DNA of 64,000 bases from Cyanophyceae cyanobacterium (GTDB taxonomy: Bacteria > Cyanobacteriota > Cyanobacteriia > Cyanobacteriales > Laspinemataceae): assembly GCA_038321985.1 (NCBI GenBank), contig JBBQFN010000013.1, positions 1 to 64,000 on the forward strand, given 5' to 3'. Numbering within the stretch: position 1 is the stretch's first letter; every line of letters begins with the position of its first letter. Shown here piece after piece: positions 31,350 to 43,100 of this stretch. The position numbers were made by a program, and so were the translations under genes. Below the pieces are notes generated by a model. The model ran no database searches and was not told the origin of the DNA. It worked only from the letters and a program-made list of their open reading frames with translations.

Positions 31350-32240
31350 CTATTGTGCCTCAGAATCCGTTGCGGGAGACTCTACCGGAGGAGCGACCGA
31401 ACTCCAGGGAGTTTTGGGCGTGCTATTGCGGTGCATCAGTGCCAAGGTCAACTGCTTAAATAGCCAGTATAAGACCGTAATCACCACAAACGTGACAATC
31501 ATCACCAACACCGGACCTCGCCCAATCAAATCATTCATCACACTTCGGACTAAAATATCCGGGTCCGTTACCAGATCCCAACTATTAAACCGCTGGAATC
31601 GCCCCAGATAAATCCCGACTGCCGTCAACCCATGTATGACGATTTCGGCCACCCCCGCAAAGCGCTGTAACCCGCACCGTTCCATATAGCGAGTTAAATA
31701 AATCAAAGATAAAACGTAAGATTGAAACCCCACAATCATAAACACCAGATACTGGGGAATCAGTGCCAAAGTAATCACCCATACCGAATATCCCTGGCGA
31801 ATATCCTCAATTAAATGAATTACATCCGTTAAGACATAAGGCGCATTGGGTAAAAAAGCGATAAATGCTATAAATCCCACCCACCACAACAGGGAACGAG
31901 ACAGGGTTTGATTATTCTGGTTACGGCGCAACTGCCAGATTTCCGAGGACATCAAAATCAGAGTTAGCAGTAGAATCCAGATTAAGTAATTGGTGCTGAT
32001 TCGTTGAAACAGGAAGATGCTAGCACGTAGAACCCGGTAAGCATTCGGCAGGAACGTTACCCCGAGGATTAGACCCACGCCCCACCGCAACCATCGCGAT
32101 CGCGGTTTGTGAAACAGCCAAAAACTCAAAGCTACGGGGACTACCGCCAAAAACGTATTCCACACCATAAAGCGATGATTGCCTTGCATCGCGTCCCATG
32201 CGACATTCATCCAGTTGATCAGTTGAGCGGTCATAAGCAT
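31350..32240 (-). CDS. DUF1361 family membrane protein
   Basis: WNTFLA, FLPNAPYVLTDVIH, GIYLGRFQRFNSWD; multiple TM helices. Confidence 0.88.
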   Translation of the reverse strand: MLMTAQLINWMNVAWDAMQGNHRFMVWNTFLAVVPVALSFWLFHKPRSRWLRWGVGLILGVTFLPNAYRVLRASIFLFQRISTNYLIWILLLTLILMSSEIWQLRRNQNNQTLSRSLLWWVGFIAFIAFLPNAPYVLTDVIHLIEDIRQGYSVWVITLALIPQYLVFMIVGFQSYVLSLIYLTRYMERCGLQRFAGVAEIVIHGLTAVGIYLGRFQRFNSWDLVTDPDILVRSVMNDLIGRGPVLVMIVTFVVITVLYWLFKQLTLALMHRNSTPKTPWSSVAPPVESPATDSEAQ

Positions 32241-32329
32241 TCTTCTTTTAGGTATTTCTTCAGGATTGCTTGTTTCCTCCCTTCTATGATATTCATGGAA
32301 TTCTCAGAGTTGCGGAGTTGCTGCTTTTC

Positions 32330-32358
32330 TTGACAATTTCCGGCTTTTGTGGTATATA
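32330..32358 (+). promoter_or_regulatory. Sigma70-type promoter with an extended -10
   Basis: TTGACA-N17-TATATA with TGn immediately before the -10. Confidence 0.55.
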
Positions 32359-32777
32359 AAATTTATTAATTTCCCGGGGAGTCGGGCGATCGCAATCAGT
32401 CTTTCCTCATGAGTAGATTGAAGCCAAGTTAGAGGCTTTTGGAGGCTCCCTCACCGTTATTGAGCGCCTCCAAGCCCGAAATAAACCTTGACTCTCTCAC
32501 CTTCAACTCGCTAGACTAGCTCACAAAACTGATTAGCAATACCAACTTTGGCAAGATGGCTTTCCCCCTCCAGGTATTCTAAGTGAATTAATGCTGGGGT
32601 AATTTTAGTCCGTTGATCCCCGTGGGATGGAGCATGACTGATCAAGGATGGCGATCGCCATAAATTAAGTTAAAATTCCTCACTGTCCTCGGGTGAGTGC
32701 CACAAGGAGCGCGTGATTTTATCTACCAAAAGGGGTAGAATCCTCTAAGGGGTATTTATTCTTTAGCCTCGCAACGG

Positions 32778-33836
32778 ATGAAAGGTATGTTCGTTCAGTT
32801 ACTTCTACTCGGAACTCTATTCCCCCTGGATATCGCGCAAGCTACGGAAGCAGAACCCTGGCAGGCAGAAGGGTCCGGGGATAAGCTGGAATTCTCCGCA
32901 GATGCTCCCCCGCTTCCTACTCTATTTCCCCCCGCCATTGAGGGCGATCGCCCGGGGGTCCTTCTTACCGCCCATGACTTCGGGGAAGGGACGGCTCAAT
33001 TCCCAGGTGAGATAGCCCAAGGAGACCCCTCTCCCCCACCGGAGGGACTCTCTCTTCCCAAAACCACTCCGTTACATCGCGCAATTCCTGGAGAACAACC
33101 CTTTATTCCCGAGCGAGTCCCGTTTCTCCCTCGCACCGATGTTACCAATCAAAGCAAGCCCTATGCGGGTTCTCCTGGCATTACAATCATGATTCCCTCG
33201 GGTTATGGCGCGGGTTGGGGGAGTGCTGGATTTGGTTTGGGTTTACAGGAACGAACTCGGTTTACGAATCAAGGGGATGGGGTTGCCGGATTTGGGATGG
33301 GGTTTGGAAATCCTCGCGAAAATATCGGCTTGACTGTGGGAGTGACAGTGACAGATTTATGGGGAGATACCTTCCAAGATGGCAGCGTCAGCTTAAAATT
33401 GCACCGGCAATTGCCTAATGATTTTGGTATTGCTGCCGGGGTGCAAGGGGCCCTAACTTGGGGTGAAACCGATGGAGGTACTTCTGGGTATGGCGTCGTT
33501 ACTAAACGGTTTGTATTGGATGAACCCGAGGAACCTTTAAGCCAATTATATTTGACCCTGGGTGTAGGGGGTGGACAGTATCGATCCGAGTCGGATATAG
33601 AGGCGGGAGACAATTCCGTAGGACTGTTTGGATCGGTGGCGCTACGGATTGCACCTCCTGTAAGTGCGATCGCCGAATGGACGGGTCAAGATCTCACCTT
33701 GGGAATCTCGGTAGTTCCGTTTCGGAACCTGCCGCTCGTGATTTCTCCAGCCATTACGGACGTAACGGGAAGCGCCGGAGATGGCACTCGGTTTATTCTT
33801 GGCATTGGTTATGGCTTAAACTTTGACCGCTTGTAA
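32778..33836 (+). CDS. Exported hypothetical protein, probable outer-membrane beta-barrel
   Basis: Signal peptide ending AQA; Pro-rich linker; Gly/aromatic alternating strands; C-terminal FILGIGYGLNF. Confidence 0.7.
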   Translation: MKGMFVQLLLLGTLFPLDIAQATEAEPWQAEGSGDKLEFSADAPPLPTLFPPAIEGDRPGVLLTAHDFGEGTAQFPGEIAQGDPSPPPEGLSLPKTTPLHRAIPGEQPFIPERVPFLPRTDVTNQSKPYAGSPGITIMIPSGYGAGWGSAGFGLGLQERTRFTNQGDGVAGFGMGFGNPRENIGLTVGVTVTDLWGDTFQDGSVSLKLHRQLPNDFGIAAGVQGALTWGETDGGTSGYGVVTKRFVLDEPEEPLSQLYLTLGVGGGQYRSESDIEAGDNSVGLFGSVALRIAPPVSAIAEWTGQDLTLGISVVPFRNLPLVISPAITDVTGSAGDGTRFILGIGYGLNFDRL

Positions 33837-33863
33837 GACAGGCTTTTTTAGAGAAGGAATCTC

Positions 33864-35864
33864 ATGATAAAAATGTGGAACGTAGGCCTGAAATTGGTGA
33901 TGACTGTCACATTGGTGGCGATCGCCGCTGCTCCCGCTATCCCCCAAACGGGTAACCAGTCAGATGTTACGGGACCCCTCCCCGAGCCACCACCGCCAAC
34001 TCCAACTCCAACTCCAACGCCAACGCCAACTCCAACTCCAACGCCAACTCCAACTCCAACTCCAACTCCGATCGCTCCTCCTGGTACGATCGTACCTTTG
34101 CCTTTGCCAACGCCAACTCCAACGCCAACTCCAACGCCAACTCCAACTCCAACTCCAACACCAACACCAACGCCAACACCAACACCAACGCCAACGCCAA
34201 CCCCAACACCAACCCCACCTGGGGAAAACCCGGCGATACCTGTTGACATCCCATCCCCCCTGCCGACTCCGACTCCGGTTCAAACCTTTGAGCCGCTTGA
34301 ACCTCAAGCACCGGATTCTACTCCCGTGGAGGTCATACGGGATAATCCCGAGGTTCCCTTGGAAGAAGTAATTCCTCCGGCACTTGGTGAGGATAATCCT
34401 CCGGAATTGGACCAAACCGAGAGTTCTAACCCCCTTGAAAAGCAGACTTTTGAGAATGAAACTAGCACAACAGGAGACACTCAATCAGGGAATGTGCTTT
34501 CGGGCCAAGAAGTCGATCGCCCTGCTTATGAAACTCAGTTAGCCGTTGCTGATGTTGGGGTGGCGGTTCAGATGTTGGAAGAATATCAAGCAATGGAGTT
34601 TAGCAATTATTTAGAAGTGGAGTTATTTGGGGAAACTGCCACTCCCGATGATATTGCTCAAGCCTTATATGATTTGTGGCAAACAACAGGTCGTAAGAGT
34701 GCATTTATTTATGTTTCAGCTTTGAGTGACCAATTAGAATTGGTGATGATCTTCCCTCAAAATTTTCGGGTAGCAACGGGAAGTTCTGAATTAGTTGCTT
34801 CTACGAATTTGGCTCAAGGGCTGATTGAAAAAGCTGCAAATATAGCCGTTCGCGAGACGGTGCCCAATGTATCCCGAGAACAGCTTCTAGAACAGGTTCA
34901 AAAGTTACGCTCTGAACTGACCAACCCCAGGAAACTCTCCACTAAAAGTTACTTGCCGATGGCGCAACAACTTTATCAATGGGCGATCGCTCCGATGGAA
35001 GCGCACCTGCAAGAAAATGAGATTGATACCCTGGTATTTTCAATGGACTCAGGATTAAGAACCCTTCCTCTTGCTGCTTTACATGATGGGGAACAGTTCC
35101 TCTTGGAAAAATACTCGGTTGCCTTAGTTCCGAGCTTTGGCTTAACTGATATTACTTATTCCGATATTCGGAATCGAGAAATTTTAGGGATGGGTTCGGC
35201 CATATTTGATGACCTAAATCCCCTGCCGGCGGTTCCGACTGAATTGCAAAACATTGTTAGTGAACCCTGGGGCGGAAATATCTTCCTAAATGAAGGATTT
35301 ACAGCGAATAATTTTCGCCAAATTAACCAAGAAAAGCGCTTTGGAATTATTCATTTGGCAACTCATGCTGAATTTCAAGGGGGAGGCTTGGACCAGTCTT
35401 ATATTAAGTTTTACGATAGCCGTATGGGACTGAAAGAAATTCAAGGGTTAGCTACCGAACTCGGCTGGAATACAGCAGAAAATCCCCCCATTGAATTATT
35501 AACCCTGAGTGCTTGTCGCACGGCAGTCGGAGATGTTCAGGCGGAGTTAGGATTTGCCGGGTTAGCTGTGCTTTCTGGGGTAAAGGCATCTCTGGCAAGT
35601 TTTTGGTATGTCAGCGATGGAGGAACCCTGGGATTAATGAGCGAATTTTATTCTCAATTAGGGGAAATTCCCTTCAAAGCAGAAGCTCTACGCGAGGCTC
35701 AATTGGCTCTTTTAAAGGGAGAAGTTCGGATAGAAAATGGAATGTTAGTTCTTTCTAATGGTAAGGCGATCGCCTTGCCACAGGAATTAGTCGAGCAAGG
35801 AAACATGACCCTATCTCATCCTTATTTTTGGTCAGCATTTACTATTGTTGGAAATTGGAACTAA
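33864..35864 (+). CDS. Secreted CHAT (caspase-HetF-like) domain protein with a Pro-Thr linker
   Basis: Signal peptide, (PT)n tracts, [45 protein letters not shown]. Confidence 0.92.
   Translation: MIKMWNVGLKLVMTVTLVAIAAAPAIPQTGNQSDVTGPLPEPPPPTPTPTPTPTPTPTPTPTPTPTPTPIAPPGTIVPLPLPTPTPTPTPTPTPTPTPTPTPTPTPTPTPTPTPTPTPPGENPAIPVDIPSPLPTPTPVQTFEPLEPQAPDSTPVEVIRDNPEVPLEEVIPPALGEDNPPELDQTESSNPLEKQTFENETSTTGDTQSGNVLSGQEVDRPAYETQLAVADVGVAVQMLEEYQAMEFSNYLEVELFGETATPDDIAQALYDLWQTTGRKSAFIYVSALSDQLELVMIFPQNFRVATGSSELVASTNLAQGLIEKAANIAVRETVPNVSREQLLEQVQKLRSELTNPRKLSTKSYLPMAQQLYQWAIAPMEAHLQENEIDTLVFSMDSGLRTLPLAALHDGEQFLLEKYSVALVPSFGLTDITYSDIRNREILGMGSAIFDDLNPLPAVPTELQNIVSEPWGGNIFLNEGFTANNFRQINQEKRFGIIHLATHAEFQGGGLDQSYIKFYDSRMGLKEIQGLATELGWNTAENPPIELLTLSACRTAVGDVQAELGFAGLAVLSGVKASLASFWYVSDGGTLGLMSEFYSQLGEIPFKAEALREAQLALLKGEVRIENGMLVLSNGKAIALPQELVEQGNMTLSHPYFWSAFTIVGNWN
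33996..34214 (+). repeat. Two CCAACN hexamer tandem tracts encoding (Pro-Thr)12 and (Pro-Thr)18
   Basis: Tracts at 33996-34067 and 34107-34214. Confidence 0.95.
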
Positions 35865-35874
35865 TTGTAGGTAA

Positions 35875-35912
35875 CTAGAGTAATCGCGAGCGAATGCCCC
35901 CGATTACTCTAG
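35875..35912. terminator. Inverted repeat directly after the CHAT gene
   Basis: CTAGAGTAATCG-N14-CGATTACTCTAG; no T-tract. Confidence 0.5.
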
Positions 35913-35961
35913 CGGCTCAGAGGGATAACATTAGAGTAGAATAGCGATTAGCCTCTAAAAT

Positions 35962-36870
35962 ATGAAAACAATTCGCTTTGTCGATTTATTTGCAGATATC
36001 GGGGGCATCAGATTAGCTTTTGAAAAAACAGTGGGGAAACTTAGTTTCAAAACTCACTGTATTTTAAGGAGCAAAATTAATCCCGATTCTTGCTTTATTT
36101 ACCCGTAAAATTTCGGCGAGTCTCCCCAGGTGATATTTGCCAAATTGAAAAACTTCCCCCCCATGATGTGTTATTAGCCGGCTTCCCTTGTCAGTCTTTT
36201 TCTTATGCGGGTAAAAAATCCGGACTTGATGATATTTGAGCCACTTTTTTTTGTAAAATAATTCCATTAATTAACAGTTATAAACCCAGCGCTTTTATTT
36301 TAGAAAATGTGCGCGCTTTTTTAACAAATGATGGGGCTAAAACCCTCACTACTATCAAACCTAAACTTCAAGTCCGGGGCTACAGTTTCGATGTGTTTTT
36401 ACTAAATAGCGCTAATTTTGAACTTCCCCAAAATCGCCTACGAGTTTATCTGATGGGTTTGTTAGGAGTTTCTCCTAAATTTAAATTAAGGTCTGACCCC
36501 GGCCCAAAAAATGCTCATTAATTTAGAACAGATTTTAGAGTCGTTAGTGCGTAAAAATTATTTAAAAATGGTTCATGGTAAATATAAACCTGGATTAGAT
36601 AATTTTTACTTTGAGGTTTATAAATTTCTCGATCCCCATAAAATTGCAGTAATTTCAGTTGCCCGCGAGGGGAATAAATGGGGGGTTTATCATCAGGGCA
36701 GGGTGAGGGGAATTACGCCAAGGGAAGCGGCAAGATTGCAAGGATTTCCTAATAATTTTATTTTACATCCAAAGACCGATAATGCTTATTATCATCGGGG
36801 AAATTCGGTTAGTATTAATGGGTTGGAAGCGGTGGCACCGGACGTTTTTTTAATTTATGGGCTGAAGTAA
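35962..36870 (+). pseudogene. Decayed DNA (cytosine-5)-methyltransferase
   Basis: Ordered motifs across frames: [50 protein letters not shown]. Stops at 36106 (TAA) and 36237 (TGA), plus frameshifts. Confidence 0.9.
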
Positions 36871-37163
36871 AAGGTATGAGATGAAGAGAAATTATCAGGG
36901 GCGAAGTGGGCGGGGTTAGCCATCCCAAAAGCCGAAGCCCGGTATAAAAAAACTACTCAATCCCTGAATTGGTTATGATGGAAGAACTTAAATGGTCTAA
37001 CGTTTGCATCGACTTCGGGGTAATGAACGAAATCATCGACCGGATTGCTGTTGATCGTGCCCTAATTTTAAAATGCTGGGTTAGTAGTGGCCCTTAAGTG
37101 CGGGATGGAAATTTGATGATCCGATTATTTTACCTTTGATTCCTTAAATTAAATTATAAAGTT

Positions 37164-40100
37164 ATGAATCCCTCTGAAACTGCGGATACTATCTTAATCC
37201 TAGACGAAACTCCCGAACATCTTCTGCTGCTAACTGAAGTATTGACGGAACGGGGGTATGCTGTTCGTCGGGCCTTGGAGGGGGCTGCCGCGATCGCCTC
37301 GGCCATCGCCCACCCACCGGATCTCATTTTACTCGATATTTTGATGGCCGAAACCGATGGCTATGAAGTCTGTAAACGCCTCAAAAGTGCTGATCGCACC
37401 CGGGATATTCCAATCATTTTTATAACCCCATTAAATGATGCACTTGATAAAGTCAAAGCCTTTTCTCTGGGGGCAGTTGATTATATTACAAAACCCTTTG
37501 AGGTGGAAGAAGTTATTGCGCGGATTGAGAATCAACTGCGGTTACGATCGCTGCAAAGACAACTGGAAGAAAAAAATCATCGTCTCGAACAAGAAATCCG
37601 CGATCGCCTCACCGCAGAAAAGGCCCTTCAAGACCGGGCGGAAGAACTCCGCATTCAAAATACTCTCTTAACCGAACTTGCCAAAAGTCCCTCCCTTTAT
37701 CAAGGTGATCTACAAGCGGCCTTTCACGAACTGATCGCCGCTGCCGTTAACTATTTAGACCTAGATCGCGCCGGGGTTTGGCTGTATGACGAGGACGGAA
37801 CCCGACTGGAACGCTTAGCCAGCTTTGAAAAACATATCGAAGGGGTGGAAACAGCTAATCTGGGGATTTTAGCCCATTATTTAGCCGAACTGCAAGCCAC
37901 GTCAATGGACTCTCTCACGTTTGTTTGCAACCCTTATCCCGTAGAAGAAGACCCCACGAACTCCACCCCGAAACCCTTCCCCATGGGTTCCCTGGGACTT
38001 GCGCCGATCCGCCAGGATGGTCAAACGATTGGGGTATTAGAAAATGCTAGGGTTACCGGCGATCGCCTGTGGACGGCAGGGGAGGAGAACTTTATCCGGT
38101 CCCTTGCGGACTTGGCTGCCGTGACCCTGCAAGCCGAAAAACGACAAAGGGCCGATCGCCAGCGTCAGATGACAGAGGAAACGTTAGCTTTAGCCTTTCG
38201 CGCTTGTCCCGATGCAGTCGCCATTCTGTCTGTGCCCGATTTTCGCTATGTCCAAGTCAACGATAGCTTTTGTGAGCAACGGGGATATAATCGAGGGGAA
38301 ATTATCGGAAAAACGGCCCAAGAACTGAATTTTTTTGTCAACTTAAACGATTTAACTCAGTTAACCATAGAGTGTCAAAACCAGGGCAACTTCCCTAACT
38401 TAGAAAGCCAAATTCGTACTAAAAATGGGGAGATCAAAACTCTATTAATCTGCGCCGAATCCATTAATTTAAATGGAAATTCTGGGATTTTGGCCTTTAG
38501 CAAAGATATCACCGAGCGCGAACGAAGTCGAATCGCGATCGAACAACAATTACATCGCAGTAACTTATTGCGCGAAATCACCGATCGCATCCGCAGCAAA
38601 ATCGAAACTCAGCATATTTTTGAAACAGCGGCAACCGCTATCGGGCGGGCATTTCAAGTCTGTCGCTGCTTGATTCACTCCTACATCCCCCAACCCGTTC
38701 CCACGGTTCCAGTCATTGGCGAATATTTAAGCCCGGGTCATCCCTCCCTCAAATCCCTAAGCATTACCCTAGCTGACAATCCGTACTTGAAACGGGTGAT
38801 TTCCCGGGAACGAGCGATCGCTTGTGAGGACCTCCAAGCTGAACCCTTCTGGGCTAGGAGGAATTCTATTCAACAATCCATCCCCATTCAGTCCATACTG
38901 GGGGTGGGAATTTTTTATCAAGGCAAAGCTAATGGAATTATCAGCTTGCATCAGTGCGATCAGCCTCGGGAGTGGACCAGGGAAGAAACCGAACTACTAG
39001 AGGCGATCGCCGCTCAACTTGGCATTGCGATCGCCCAAGCGCAACTGTGGGACAATGAAAAACAAACCCGGATGGCCTTTGAACACCAAAATATCCAGTT
39101 ACAACGGGAAATTGCCGAACGCAGGCTAGCTCAAAAAGCCCTCAAACAAAGCGAACAGAAATATCGCGCCCTTGTCAATACCTCACAAGATGTGATTTGG
39201 TCCATAAACTCTCGGGGATGCTATACTTTTGTTAATCCGGCGGTGGAAAAAATTTATGGCTATACACCCGCTCAAATTATCGGGCACAAATTCCCTCAAT
39301 TTGTGTCCCTGAAACGCCGGGAGGTTGATCGCAAGGCACTGCGCCAGGTGTTACGGGAAGGAAAACCCCTCCTTCAGTATGAAACCATCCATCAGCGTCA
39401 AGACGGTAAAGAGATATATGTACTGGTCAACGCGATCCCCTTACGAGACTCCGAAGGTCGGATTAAAGGCGCAACAGGAACCACCGTCGAAATTACGGAA
39501 CGCCGACAGCAGGAAGAAGCCCTGCGCGCAATGGTAGAAGGTAGCGCGGCCAGCACAGGAACCGAATACTTCCGGGCCTGTGTTCGGTCCCTTGCTAACG
39601 TTCTGCAAGTCAAATATGCCCTGCTTGTTGAATGCACCAGTCAGAGTCATCAAATGGTACGTTCTCTGGCCTTTTGGACCGGAACCGGCTGGAGTGAAAC
39701 AATTGAGTACCCCCTGGAAGGAACCCCTTGTGAGAACGCCCTGAAAACGCGCCAAGCCTGCTATTATCCCCAAGCTGTCCAACAGCTATTTCCGAGGGAT
39801 TTGGACTTAAAAACCCTCAATGCCGAGAGTTATATCGGCATTCCCATCCAAACCGCCACCGGTCATATTTTAGGACACTTGGCGATCCTCGACGTTAAGC
39901 CGATGTTCGCAACGGCTCACACTGAATCAATTTTAAAACTTTTTGCCGATCGCGCTGCTACGGAAATTCAACGACTCAAATCCGAGCAAGCCTTGCAACA
40001 TAGTGAGCAAAGATTTCGAGCCATTTTTAATTCCATGTTCCAATTTATCGGCTTACTCAATCCCGATGGCACTGTGCTAGAACTGAATCAAACAGCCCTC

Positions 40101-43100
40101 AACTTTATCGGGTTGGAACAAGCACAGGTAGTGGGTCAGCCCTTGTGGACACTGCCTTGGTGGAACCGTTCGGTAGCGCTGCAACAGCAACTGATGGAGG
40201 CGACCTCTTTGGCCTCTAAAGGGGAATTTATCCGGTATCAAGTCGAGGCCACGGGGGCAACAGGGGTCACCCTCGCCCTTGACTTCTCCCTTAAACCCGT
40301 CTTTAATGACCAGTCTGAGGTAATCTTGCTGATTCCCGAGGGACGAGATATCAGCGATCGCGTTTCTGCTCAAGTCCAGTTACAACGGACCACTGAACGC
40401 CTGAAATATTTGCTCAGTTCTAGTCCGGCAATTATTTATAGTGCGGAAGTTTTCGGCAGCTTTCGCACCACCTTTATCAGTGAAAATGTGGAAACGATTT
40501 TGGGATATAAAGTGCGAGACTTTTTAGAAAACTCTAATTTTTGGGCGGATCGAATTCATCCAGAAGACCGCGATCGCGTCCTGGAAAAATTACCCCTCCG
40601 GTTAGGACAAGGCTTTCATTCCGAGGAATATCGGTTTCTTCATGCAGACGGAACCTATCGCTGGTTTGACGATCGCATCCAGTTAGTGCGAGATCAAAGC
40701 GGAAATCCTCGGGAGTGCGTGGGGTATTGGATCGATATCACCGAGCGCAAAATCGCACAAGAGGCATTCCAGGCTAGTCAGCGCCGTTATCAAACCTTAG
40801 CAGAAACCTCCCCAGTCTGTATTTTCCACACCGATGCTCAAGGCCACTGTCTATACGTTAATCAAAAGTGGAGTCAGATCACCGGACTACCTCTGGCAGA
40901 AGCGACGGGAAACGGTTGGACGAGTAGTCTACATCCAGAAGACCGCGATCGCGTCTTTGAGGAGTGGAATCGGGCGGCAAGGGAGGGAGTCTCCTTTAAG
41001 TCCGAGTATCGGTTCTGGCGTCCAGATGGAGAAATTACCTGGGTCATCGGTCAGGCGATCGCAGAAACCAACCCCGATGGCACGATTAAAGGCTACATCG
41101 GCACAATTTCCGATATTAGTGAGCGTAAACTCGCCGAAGATGACCTCTTAGAACAGTCGGAACGCGATCGCGCCATTTTTACCCTGTTCCAGCGAATGCG
41201 CCAAACCTTGAAACTCGACCAGATTTTTGCCGCTACAACCGAGGACTTACGGCAACTCCTAGAGAGCGATCGCGTCTTAGTATATCGCTGCCCTCCTGAA
41301 CCCAACATGACCTCAGTCTGGGAGTCCGTGGGTCAGGACTGGATGCCCTTAATGCCATCGCCCGACCCGAACTCACCCCCGGAACTGAGCAGTCCGTGGC
41401 GGGCAGATGCTGAAGCTGCCCTCACATCCTGGAAATCCACCCTAGAATCCCGAAAACAGGGCGACTGCGGCCCGGAACCCTTGTATCCCCACCCCTCGAA
41501 TTTGCCTTGTCTGGTTGCGGAAAACATTGAGGGGGCGGATTTGAACCCCGAGGAACTCCAACATCTCCATCAACTACAAGCAAGCGCTTATCTGATTGCC
41601 CCTATTTTTACTCGCACTCAACTGTGGGGACTGTTGGCAATTTATCAAAATAGCGGTCCTCGCCATTGGAAACAAGCAGACCTGAATATTGCCATTCAAA
41701 TTGCCACTCAACTCGGAGTGGCCTTGCAGCAGGCTCAACTGCTCGAACGAACTCAAAAACAAGCCGAAGCCCTTCAAAAAGCCGCCCTAGCAGCGGATAC
41801 CGCCAACCGCGCCAAAAGCGAATTTCTCGCCAATATGAGCCACGAGCTCCGGACCCCCCTCAACGCTATCCTCGGGTTTTCCCAAGTCATGACCCGCGAT
41901 CGCTCCCTCAATACCCAACAAGCGGAACAATTACGGATTATCAATCGGGCTGGAGAACACCTGTTAGATTTAATTAATGACATCCTAGAAATGTCGAAAA
42001 TTGAAGCAGGGCGCACCAGCTTTTATGAAACCAGCTTCGATCTACTGGAGTTGTTAGAAAGCCTAAAAACCATGCTGCGACCCAAAGCAAAATCTAAAGG
42101 GTTACAGCTTGATTTTGAGGTGGACCCCCAGGTGCCCCCGCATATCAAAACCGATGAAGCAAAGCTGCGACAGGTGTTAATTAATATGTTGGGAAATGCG
42201 ATTAAATTTACCCAAACCGGGGGGATCTATCTACGGGTTTGGAGAGGGATTGTGGACCGAAACCCGGAACCGGAAATATCCCACAGCGACTGTCTTTCAA
42301 AACTTTACTTTGAAATCGAAGACACAGGGCCAGGAATTGCTACCCACGAAATGCACCGCCTATTTGAACCTTTTGGACAAACCGAAACCGGGCTGAAATC
42401 CGGGCAAGGCACGGGACTGGGGTTACCGATCAGTAAAAAATTTGTGGAACTGATGGGGGGAGACATTCACGTTCGGAGCACCCCGGGTCAAGGAACAGTG
42501 TTTTCCTTTGATGTGAACCTCCGCCAAGCTGAAGCCGTGGAGGTTCCTAAGCGGGAGTCTAGACCCCAGGCAGTCGCCTTAGCACCGGATCAACCGGAAT
42601 GTCGGATTTTAGCCGTGGATGATGTCTTTGAAAGCCGTTTGTTGCTGATCACCCTGTTTTCCAAACTGGGTTTTTCCGTGCGCGAGGCAGCCAGCGGTCG
42701 TGAAGCCCTGGAAATCTGGGAAAATTGGGACCCGCACTTAATTTGGATGGATATGAGAATGCCTGACATCGATGGATATCAAGCTACAAAGTACATTAAA
42801 TCCACGGCTAAAGGTCAAGACACCGTGGTGATCGCGTTAACCGCCAGCGCCTTTGCGGAAGACCGCCAACTTGTCCTCGCTGCCGGATGTAATGACTTTA
42901 TTCACAAACCTTTTCGCGCAGAAGAGTTACTCTCCAAGGTCTACGAGCATCTAGGGGTACGATATATTTATGATGAGCCATTAGAGTGCGACTTTGACAA
43001 CACTCGGCAAGGTTTGATGGAGGATTCACCCTTTACCCTGACTTCCCAATCCTTCCAAGTCATGCCCCCAGATTGGGTGGTCCGTGTTTATGCGGCAGCC

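Noticed and set aside
33996..34214. Tandem repeat as a CRISPR array or an on/off phase-variation tract
   Set aside because: There are no spacers, and the unit is 6 bp, so slippage keeps the frame and only changes linker length.
33848..34484. Alternative-frame ORFs rich in GV, QL, LE and WS repeats
   Set aside because: Shadows of the stop-free CCAACN tandem repeat inside the CHAT gene.
36876..37100. Possible restriction endonuclease remnant after the methyltransferase pseudogene
   Set aside because: Only short frames with no recognisable nuclease motif.
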